Shown: positions 28,661 to 36,158 of the stretch, piece by piece
How the letters are laid out: every line of letters starts with the position of its first letter
Position numbering within the stretch: the stretch's first letter is position 1
Virus record (IMG/VR): IMGVR_UViG_3300025133_000044
Span: 1-64,000 of that record
Strand: one strand, 5' to 3'
Source: a virus
DNA length: 64,000 bases
Position numbers and translations under genes: made by a program
Notes under the pieces: generated by a model
Told to the model about the DNA's origin: nothing
The model's input: only the letters and a program-made list of their open reading frames with translations
The model's database searches: none

Positions 28661-29632
28661 TTAATTGTCCAGACAAATTTTATTAAAATGCTGGAACAGT
28701 TCAACAAAATTAATTTCGCCGAAACCATCTTTTAACATCATCTTTATTATTTCAGTTCTGTTAAAAGATAAGTCTGGATTTCTGATCGTTTCTCGAATAG
28801 TGTTTTTAGCTCCGATTGAAAGCATTGGAGAATAAAGTTGCATCATTTGGTAATTTATTTTCAAAAGACCTTCATTCTCGATAACTGATTGGTATACTTT
28901 TATTGAATTTTCTTTTACCATTTCATGACAATGATTTAAAATGTCATCAAAAGTTACCGACTCTTTATTTGTGAAGAATGGGAATCTCTTTGCAACGGTT
29001 TTGAGGCCCACACCAGGAATTCCCTCAATATTATCTGATTTGTCTCCAACCAGAGCCCGGGCCATGGCAAAATTGGCAGGATGGATATCAAACTTCTTTA
29101 AAATAGAGTTTTCATTTAATATTTCACGCTGTATCGGCCTGTATAATACTGTATTATTCTCAAGTAATTGAAAAAAATCTTTGTCACTTGATACAATAAG
29201 TTTTTCCCAATCCAAATATTCTGGCGTTTGGGAAAGATATGCAATAATGTCATCTGCTTCAACACCGGAAAACATAAATTGTATCATTGGGGTGTAATTA
29301 AAATACTCGATTAATCTTGTCTGCTGCCAGATTTTATTTTCTATTTCTTGATGCTCAGTTAAAGATTTAACAGATCGATTAAGTCGAATTGGCTTCCGCC
29401 CTTCTTTATAATCTTTTTTTAACAATTTTCTTTTTTTAGAACCGCCTTCGCCGTCCCAACAGATTACAATCAAATCAGGTTTGGATTCCCTGACGATTTT
29501 TTGAATGCTTTGAAAGCATCCCCGCAAACCACCGATGGGTTGTCCGTTGAGAGAAAGGCTGGGGTTAACAATATAATTTCTAAAAAACAGGTTTAACTGA
29601 TCAATGATCAGTAATCTTTTCTTGCGCTTCAT
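28661..29632 (-). CDS. 5'-3' exonuclease / flap endonuclease (PolI N-terminal, T4 RNase H-like)
   Basis: LIIDQLN, YKEGR, EADDII, SSDKDFFQL, GDKSDNIEGIPGVG.KT. Confidence 0.95.
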   Translation of the reverse strand: MKRKKRLLIIDQLNLFFRNYIVNPSLSLNGQPIGGLRGCFQSIQKIVRESKPDLIVICWDGEGGSKKRKLLKKDYKEGRKPIRLNRSVKSLTEHQEIENKIWQQTRLIEYFNYTPMIQFMFSGVEADDIIAYLSQTPEYLDWEKLIVSSDKDFFQLLENNTVLYRPIQREILNENSILKKFDIHPANFAMARALVGDKSDNIEGIPGVGLKTVAKRFPFFTNKESVTFDDILNHCHEMVKENSIKVYQSVIENEGLLKINYQMMQLYSPMLSIGAKNTIRETIRNPDLSFNRTEIIKMMLKDGFGEINFVELFQHFNKICLDN

Positions 29633-29647
29633 GTTCCTCTTTTATTC

Positions 29648-29980
29648 TTATCTGTAAATTCTACTGAATACTCTTTCGACCTTTGCAACGATAAAAGAAG
29701 AGACCCCGTCAATCTTCCTCGCCGCATTTGACATCTTTATGACAGTTTCTTCCATCGTAGGATCCAGTTTATGAAACTTAATTCTTAGTTCAGTTCTTTC
29801 ATGTGTGCTGGAGACCGGTCGGGCGGCTGCAGCGATTGTGCATACGGTTATCCCACATATGCCACGTATATTGTCCGCTATTATTGTAATATTATAATCA
29901 CGAGAAGAGCGCAAAACAACAGTTGCTTCGTACAAGTTCTTCTTTAGGTGTTCGCGGACAAGAGCTTTGAGACTGTTCAT
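29648..29980 (-). CDS. hypothetical protein
   Basis: GGAGG SD; LKALVREHL..LYE N-terminus. Confidence 0.75.
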   Translation of the reverse strand: MNSLKALVREHLKKNLYEATVVLRSSRDYNITIIADNIRGICGITVCTIAAAARPVSSTHERTELRIKFHKLDPTMEETVIKMSNAARKIDGVSSFIVAKVERVFSRIYR

Positions 29981-30008
29981 TTATAAAACCTCCATTTATA
30001 TAAATAGT

Positions 30009-30458
30009 TTATAATTTATACATCTCAATTACATCTTCATTAGTCGTGTAATAAACTCTTTTTACACCAACATGCTTAAGCGCTTCGTGGCACATAGTGC
30101 AAGGTTTGCTATTACGAAATTCACCTTGTCTGTTAACCCGGCAGACATATATATCCGCCCCAACTGTAACATTTCTAGATAAACCTAGAATACAGCCTAG
30201 TTCGGCATGTACCGTTGGGCGCCCTCGATTTGAATCTCGAAACCGGGCCCCAAAAGAACAAAATTTGTCTTTGTTACAGCACACGTTGAGAACTGAACCT
30301 CCCTTCACTAAAACTGCACCATGCTTAATTTTACCATATGTGCTTTGCCAGGCTATATTCTTGGCAAGGTTCAAGTATCTTTGGGTTCTGTTCGTCTTCT
30401 GTATTATATTTCCCGCAATTCCGTTGCGGGGCTTAAATGATGAAATGCCTCTAGGCAT
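30009..30458 (-). CDS. zinc-dependent cytidine/dCMP deaminase-fold protein
   Basis: HGAVLV, HAE, SKPCTMC, VKRVYYT. Confidence 0.88.
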   Translation of the reverse strand: MPRGISSFKPRNGIAGNIIQKTNRTQRYLNLAKNIAWQSTYGKIKHGAVLVKGGSVLNVCCNKDKFCSFGARFRDSNRGRPTVHAELGCILGLSRNVTVGADIYVCRVNRQGEFRNSKPCTMCHEALKHVGVKRVYYTTNEDVIEMYKL

Positions 30459-30460
30459 AG

Positions 30461-30507
30461 AAAACCCCCTGTACAATCAATATAGGTACAGGGGGCGTGT
30501 AAGTCAA
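30461..30507 (-). promoter_or_regulatory. overlapping terminator hairpin and sigma70-like promoter
   Basis: CCCCCTGTAC/GTACAGGGGG inverted repeat + TTTT; TTGACT(30502-30507)-17nt-TATATT(30479-30484) with the -10 in the loop. Confidence 0.6.
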
Positions 30508-30531
30508 GGTTACCGGTGACGATGCCTCTTC

Positions 30532-31635
30532 TTAATCAATATCATAAAATTCTTCTGCTTTCCCTTCCTTCTTATCAAAACGCATGATAATATCTTCATC
30601 CATGATTTGAAGGACTCGATTGCGGAATTTTTCGTTAGTTAGTTTATCTTTCCACTTAGCCGCTTGAAACTTTTCAGTTGTGCCATTTTCGTAAACTAGG
30701 TTATACCAAGCACCGCTTTGCTCTAGTGAGTCTGATCCCTTAATAGCTTCAAGCCAGCTCTCCTCGTCCTGGATACCGACTTCTCCGCCCCAAAGAATTT
30801 TAAATGTGCATTGTCTACCATCTGTACCAAATCGACTTTTCTTCAGTGTTACTTTAACTTCTGAACCAATTCTGTATCCATTTTCATCTTCGAGAAAAGA
30901 TGCTTTTGCCTTACGTCCTGTTAACCATATACGTAATGAATAGGCATAGTGCATTGCTTTGCCGCCAGGTGTGACGTAAGGTGTCGTCATTGCTTCTGCT
31001 GCAAATCTAGTAATGTTAGTTTTAAGCTGGTTCAGTACTAAAAAAGTAGATTGTGAGCCGGCGATAGGAACTGTCAACTTAGACATGCCTTTTGCTAAAA
31101 TTCTCGCTTTAACCGCCATTGAAGATTGGGGATTAAAATCTCCGTCGACGTCGCTAATAGAGGGCGTGAGAGCGAGAGAATCCCAAATAAATAACATCTT
31201 GTTTTCGTTAGAACCTAGCAACTCTTCAATAGTCTCTAGGACATATTCAACGCTAGGTGGCTGCATATATAATATATTATTTACATCACAGCCGGCGCTG
31301 GCTAAGAATCCAGGGTCAATTGCAGATTCAGCATCGAAGTATACGACATCAATTCCCATCTTTTGAGCATTCGCCGCAACTTGAGCTGCCATATAAGATT
31401 TACCAGAACCTTCTAGGCCGGCAATTTCAATAATTTTGCCCACTGGTATACCAGCTAGTTGGCCTCGACAGATGATACTGTCGAGCCATCGCGAGCCAGT
31501 TGGGATCCACTCTTTAACCTGTGTTGGGTTATCCTTCGTTAGATCGAAGGCAACCTCCATTCCCGCTTTTTTATTGACAAGATTTCTCATCTCATCAATA
31601 TTTAGTCGACCTAGTTTCTTTGCTTTCTTTGCCAC
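30532..31635 (-). CDS. recA: RecA/UvsX recombinase
   Basis: IPTGS..LD, GLEGSGKS, DAESA, WDSL, NQL, TPGGKA; likely GTG start at 31635 with GAGG SD. Confidence 0.95.
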   Translation of the reverse strand: MAKKAKKLGRLNIDEMRNLVNKKAGMEVAFDLTKDNPTQVKEWIPTGSRWLDSIICRGQLAGIPVGKIIEIAGLEGSGKSYMAAQVAANAQKMGIDVVYFDAESAIDPGFLASAGCDVNNILYMQPPSVEYVLETIEELLGSNENKMLFIWDSLALTPSISDVDGDFNPQSSMAVKARILAKGMSKLTVPIAGSQSTFLVLNQLKTNITRFAAEAMTTPYVTPGGKAMHYAYSLRIWLTGRKAKASFLEDENGYRIGSEVKVTLKKSRFGTDGRQCTFKILWGGEVGIQDEESWLEAIKGSDSLEQSGAWYNLVYENGTTEKFQAAKWKDKLTNEKFRNRVLQIMDEDIIMRFDKKEGKAEEFYDID

Positions 31636-31655
31636 GGTACCCTCGTTTTTAAAAA

Positions 31656-31688
31656 TTGAGGCCTCTGTAAACCCAGGCCTCCCTGCGG
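31656..31688 (-). ncRNA. structured RNA element, copy 1
   Basis: CCGCAGG-GAGGCCT-GGGTTTACAG-AGGCCTC-AA; 27/33 identical to copy 2, with compensatory changes. Confidence 0.7.
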
Positions 31689-31695
31689 CTATCAA

Positions 31696-31878
31696 TTAGG
31701 ACTTCGTCTGTACAAATTGATAAAGTTTCTCAGCTTCGCGGATGACATCTTCAGTTGTCGCGCCGCTCCACTGCTTTGTTTGCTCAAAACGCATATGCGC
31801 ATTTTGCTCACAAATGTCCTTAGCTAAGCCAAGTAAACCTTCGCGGATTTCATATCCACTTCTGTTATTTTCACTCAT
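31696..31878 (-). CDS. 60-aa hypothetical protein between the two repeat copies
   Basis: AGGAG SD after a (CA)n leader; GYEIR..LL.LAK...EDVI..AEKLY.FV. Confidence 0.8.
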   Translation of the reverse strand: MSENNRSGYEIREGLLGLAKDICEQNAHMRFEQTKQWSGATTEDVIREAEKLYQFVQTKS

Positions 31879-31903
31879 AATAAGCTCCTGTGTGTGTGAA
31901 AAG

Positions 31904-31936
31904 TTGAGACACCTGTAACCCCGTGCCTCCCTGCGG
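31904..31936 (-). ncRNA. structured RNA element, copy 2
   Basis: CCGCAGG-GAGGCAC-GGGGTTACAG-GTGTCTC-AA. Confidence 0.7.
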
Positions 31937-31943
31937 GGAAGGA

Positions 31944-32687
31944 CTAGTTTCCCAAAAGCTCTTTAAAGGCTTGGTCAACGGAACTCGTGCCTTTATTACT
32001 ATACCTTGACGATTCAGAAGAAACATCCTCAGCATCTTCCTCGCTTAGGAGGAATTCATCAAGCATTCCTTGAACCTGTTCTGGAGTCTTTCGTTCAAAA
32101 ACAGTACTGTAATCAGGCACCTGTTCAAGTAGAGATTGAATATCCTCTTCCTTTTCAACCAAAGGCGAATTGCGGCGCCGGGGAGTGATAGTCGTCTGTG
32201 GGAACTGGGCGCCGGCCGGCTTACCATAATTGATGACCAGATCAACTCCTTCGTTCACATCGGTGATATCACCGTATTCCGGGTTGAGAACAAGATTTAA
32301 TAGTTCTCTATAGGCCATTTTACCAAAGCCCCATAGTCGCACACCCTGATCTTCCTCGCCGCGTACAAGAACGGGACTAAAAAAGCGTTGCCGTGCTGAC
32401 AATGTCTTCGCCATCTTGATGGCGTCATCACTGCCATCCTTATAAAGTTGACGGATAAAGTCATCAAGAGGATCACTTTCTCCAAAGTTTTTCTTTGGGC
32501 TCAAGAATCCAGGGTTCTTACCTAGGTTATAGTGAAACCAGTATTGCTTAAACGGATCTCCGTCCGAAGTTGGCAAAATACGAATTGTTTGTTCACCGTC
32601 CTCTGGACGCCAGAAAACGCTCTTGCCTGCGCCATGATTTTCCAAGGCGTCGCGCTTTGCCTTCATTTTTTCTAAATCAATACCCAT
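31944..32687 (-). CDS. single-stranded DNA-binding protein (T4 gp32-like)
   Basis: FWRP..G...IRILP..PF...FHY, VRLWGFG, DITD..G.DL, acidic tail ending AFKELL. Confidence 0.85.
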   Translation of the reverse strand: MGIDLEKMKAKRDALENHGAGKSVFWRPEDGEQTIRILPTSDGDPFKQYWFHYNLGKNPGFLSPKKNFGESDPLDDFIRQLYKDGSDDAIKMAKTLSARQRFFSPVLVRGEEDQGVRLWGFGKMAYRELLNLVLNPEYGDITDVNEGVDLVINYGKPAGAQFPQTTITPRRRNSPLVEKEEDIQSLLEQVPDYSTVFERKTPEQVQGMLDEFLLSEEDAEDVSSESSRYSNKGTSSVDQAFKELLGN

Positions 32688-32777
32688 AGTCTTTCTCCTT
32701 TTTAGGTAAAGTATGATTAGCTAATATTCCAATCATCTAGTCTAGTATCATAATAACAACGTATAAAGAAAGGTAAA

Positions 32778-33626
32778 CTATAAATTTGAATTTTCTTCTT
32801 GTATCAAAGAAGCGTAATGTACGCTATAGATGTAATTTTGATCGTAACTTGTTGAATATATTGAAAAAGCAACATCAACTTTTTCTTCTTTTTTCTGCGC
32901 CCTTACAAAAGCACGTATATCCTGTAATAGATTTTTATTAGATTCTAATTCAACTGAGTTAATCGCAAAATAATATATTTTTATACGAGGGTATTTTAAA
33001 TCGTAAAACATTTTCTCTTCTTTCGATTCGTAATCAACAAGCCCAAAAGTACCAATTCTCGCTGTTATTGGTATCATGGACGGTGATAAAGTAGTCAACA
33101 AAGGCTCTATATTATTATACACATTCATCATGTGATGTGTTCCCACAATCAGCTCATTTAGACTATCCCAGTATTTTGTAATAGATAATTGTGTGACAAG
33201 TTTTTCAACTAACATATTGTTTACAATATAAATTTTTTCAAAAACAGCAGAACGAGCGTACTGTTGTAACACTTGCAAGGTTAACCTATGTTTTAACTTT
33301 GCCTCCACACCCAATGATATTTCATCTGGCTTTATGTATAAAACGCTAATCTGCTTATCTTTCAACTCTTCTAAAATTCTTAAAACAATACCACTTATAT
33401 TCCCAACTCCTGAAAGGATGAGTATGATGGGGGCATCCTTTAACTCTAGTTTAACAGATGTATAGTTTGCTTCATATTGTTCATGACTTTCCTGTTCTTC
33501 AATTTTTATAAAGGTACCGTCATAATCATTATCTTCTGTATCCATATAAAATATTTTATATTCCGGATATCCTGAAAAAATTTTTGCCATGGCGCAGCCG
33601 GGATGTCCTAGACCAACTATATTCAT
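32778..33626 (-). CDS. FtsZ/tubulin-like GTPase-fold protein (divergent)
   Basis: MNIVGLG..GC..A N-terminal loop, G.G.ISG at the T4-loop position, VLYIKP, IVNN, LN..I. Confidence 0.6.
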   Translation of the reverse strand: MNIVGLGHPGCAMAKIFSGYPEYKIFYMDTEDNDYDGTFIKIEEQESHEQYEANYTSVKLELKDAPIILILSGVGNISGIVLRILEELKDKQISVLYIKPDEISLGVEAKLKHRLTLQVLQQYARSAVFEKIYIVNNMLVEKLVTQLSITKYWDSLNELIVGTHHMMNVYNNIEPLLTTLSPSMIPITARIGTFGLVDYESKEEKMFYDLKYPRIKIYYFAINSVELESNKNLLQDIRAFVRAQKKEEKVDVAFSIYSTSYDQNYIYSVHYASLIQEENSNL

Positions 33627-34801
33627 GCTATTTGTTTCATACTCCCAAAATCTGTACCCATACTCAAATGGCTTGTAAATTTACCATATATAGTATCAGT
33701 AAATATATTGATTACCTCTTGCAAAATGTCCTTTTCTTCTTTGCAAATGTCTATTATCAAGCTGTCATGAATACAAAATGCAATCTTAGATTCGTATTTT
33801 TTTAACAGATTATGTACCCTCAACGCTGATCTTAAAAAAAGATCACTAGCAGTGCTTTGTACTAAATAATTTAGTACTTTGTCTTCTTTTACTTCTATCT
33901 TTCTACCAAAAGGAGTAGTAACAACACCATCATGATAATATTTTTTTATTATCTCATTCTTATCTATGTATTGCCCTAGCTTTTTGTTTCGAGCCTTGGG
34001 GTTATACAACCATGCGAAAACACGTCTCTTGCTCTCTTCTCTATCATATTTTGAATCAAAAACATGCTTATTGATTAAATTATGGATATCTCCCACAGGT
34101 TGTTCACGCCCTAAGAGACCGAATAAAGTACGTATTTCTGCTGCACTAAAATCCAATTCAACGAACAAATCATTATTAGGTCGCAAAATGCTTCGTAGCT
34201 CTTTATTTAAAGTAAGGATTGGGAAGCTTTCCTTTTCAGTTGTTAATCGGCCAGTCACGGTTCCCCAAGGCTTATATTTAATGTAGTTTGCCGAATTTTT
34301 AATTTTATTAAGTGTTTCTCTGTTTTTTATATTAATAAAATCCAAATTTTCAACACGTGTGTTTAACTCTTGCTCACTAATTTCTTTAAGGAATTTTACG
34401 AGTTCTAACATAAAATTATAGTTACTTGGTTTTTTATAATGTTCAAAAACATAATTTGCTATTTTGTTTTTAACTTCACAGTACTTAAGCAGAAACTTTT
34501 TTGGAACCAAGTCATAAAAACAAACATCGTTTAAATTGACTCCGGCTTCTTTAAAAGAAGTTAGAAAAGCCCTCGCCTTGGTTTCGACTTCACTCCACTC
34601 CTCTTTAAGATGTTCAGGACAAGTCTCCGAGAGAGATTTCCCTGCAGCCCAGATCTGAGCATATTCAACAGATCGGTTTTCAAAGTGTGGTGTATGGGCC
34701 CATGTATGTGTTAAACTTAAGTTGTTGGGATAATGGTAAAGATCACCGTCGCTATAAATAGCATAACATTCTTTTTTGTTGTCTAGCGTTTGAAATAGCA
34801 A
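33623..34801 (-). CDS. family A DNA polymerase (short, polymerase domain only)
   Basis: TVTGRL, ELDFSAAEIR (motif A), R..SK..VFAWLY (motif B), TPFGR, NYLVQSTASD, IHDSL (motif C). Confidence 0.88.
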   Translation of the reverse strand: MLFQTLDNKKECYAIYSDGDLYHYPNNLSLTHTWAHTPHFENRSVEYAQIWAAGKSLSETCPEHLKEEWSEVETKARAFLTSFKEAGVNLNDVCFYDLVPKKFLLKYCEVKNKIANYVFEHYKKPSNYNFMLELVKFLKEISEQELNTRVENLDFINIKNRETLNKIKNSANYIKYKPWGTVTGRLTTEKESFPILTLNKELRSILRPNNDLFVELDFSAAEIRTLFGLLGREQPVGDIHNLINKHVFDSKYDREESKRRVFAWLYNPKARNKKLGQYIDKNEIIKKYYHDGVVTTPFGRKIEVKEDKVLNYLVQSTASDLFLRSALRVHNLLKKYESKIAFCIHDSLIIDICKEEKDILQEVINIFTDTIYGKFTSHLSMGTDFGSMKQIA

Positions 34802-34808
34802 ATGTTCC

Positions 34809-36155
34809 TCATTTTTTGTTTAAGACACCAGTCAAAGGCGCGGGCACTCGATCGGGCGAAGCTACTTTGGATTCTGCTTCCCTTTTTCTGCGATCGTAAA
34901 TAGACTTTGGATTACCGTGCCAATATTTGCCTTCTGTATTAAATATAGTTTTCAACATGCCCCTAGTCAAGTCATTTATATAATCTAACGCTGCTCCAGA
35001 TCCAAACATCCTGCTTCGTCTAATTAACTCTTTAGAATAATTAGAAAAATTAACTTTATTATGAGGAGTATTAGACTCTAATAATCTGAGTTTTAAAATA
35101 ATTTTTAGCCAGTATTCGCTGCCGTATACGTTAACGTGTCCCGGCGCATCAGCAAATGGAAGGTGAGCGGAAAGGAACAGTGGTTCTCTAAAATTCTGTT
35201 GTTGTTTCACTTTAATCTTGGAGCATTCTCCACTGGAGTTGGTTTCGTATTTTATTTTTGTGTAAGCCTCAAATTGAGAATAGAAAGTATTATAAAAAGA
35301 AAACATATAGTTTTTAAAATTATCAAGTTCTGCAAGATGGGCTTTTTCATAATAATATTCAAAAACATTTTCAAATTGAATACCGTAATTTCCCATGTAT
35401 TTTTTTGCACCCAGAACTCCAGCATCTTCAGAATTCGGCAATGCGCCGGAGGCGACATTAAAAACCAGGCGCCACGGAGCATTCTTATCTACCATAAAAC
35501 CAAACTTTTTTGCTGTTTTTACGAAAAATACAAAATTAGGATCGCTAACATACTTTAAAACATTTTTATTGTTTGCTACTCCATGCAGTTCTGGTGCGAT
35601 TTCTAACATCAAACCACTAATGTAAGGACTACAATGGTGTGATAAAATATATCCGGTTCTTGTAATCGGAAAATAATAGACTATTCTGCTAATATAAATT
35701 AAAAACTGTTGCATGAAATCATGAAAATTTTTAATTTTTTCAAAACGACGTTCAATCATTAAATATTTTTCAACAAAATCATTATATATTTTGTTCACGT
35801 ATTGATAGTACGACCACTCTAAGTCACCAGCTCTCTGAGCTTTATGAACCTTTATCCTTCTATACAACAAGCTTTTTTTGTTGAGGCCAGGATCCATTTT
35901 TCGTACGTAGCCGCGCATATCATTAAAAGCCTCGGCTACAAAATCGATAGCTAGTTCAGTTCTGTCCCCGCCAGTATAAATTTCTGCCAAGTTTGCAACA
36001 TTAGCCAGATAAATTGCATCTCCTCGCCGGTCTATTCTACCATAAAGAAGTTGTTTTCGTTCTAAGTCGAAATGTTTTACACCATCGAAATTAGGATAAA
36101 AATTATGTAAATTACTTTTGGAATTGAAAATAGCTTCTGTGACTTTATTTGACAT
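34809..36155 (-). CDS. hypothetical protein at the end of the baseplate operon
   Basis: 448-aa ORF; FGFMVDKNAPWRLV; no family recognised. Confidence 0.8.
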   Translation of the reverse strand: MSNKVTEAIFNSKSNLHNFYPNFDGVKHFDLERKQLLYGRIDRRGDAIYLANVANLAEIYTGGDRTELAIDFVAEAFNDMRGYVRKMDPGLNKKSLLYRRIKVHKAQRAGDLEWSYYQYVNKIYNDFVEKYLMIERRFEKIKNFHDFMQQFLIYISRIVYYFPITRTGYILSHHCSPYISGLMLEIAPELHGVANNKNVLKYVSDPNFVFFVKTAKKFGFMVDKNAPWRLVFNVASGALPNSEDAGVLGAKKYMGNYGIQFENVFEYYYEKAHLAELDNFKNYMFSFYNTFYSQFEAYTKIKYETNSSGECSKIKVKQQQNFREPLFLSAHLPFADAPGHVNVYGSEYWLKIILKLRLLESNTPHNKVNFSNYSKELIRRSRMFGSGAALDYINDLTRGMLKTIFNTEGKYWHGNPKSIYDRRKREAESKVASPDRVPAPLTGVLNKK

Positions 36156-36158
36156 AAT

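Noticed and set aside
31636-31695. N-terminal extension of RecA (MIAAGRPG...) from the ORF track
   Set aside because: It runs through the RNA element and lacks an SD; the GTG at 31635 has a GAGG SD.
31656-31936. CRISPR mini-array
   Set aside because: Only two repeats, separated by about 215 nt containing a gene; no cas genes.
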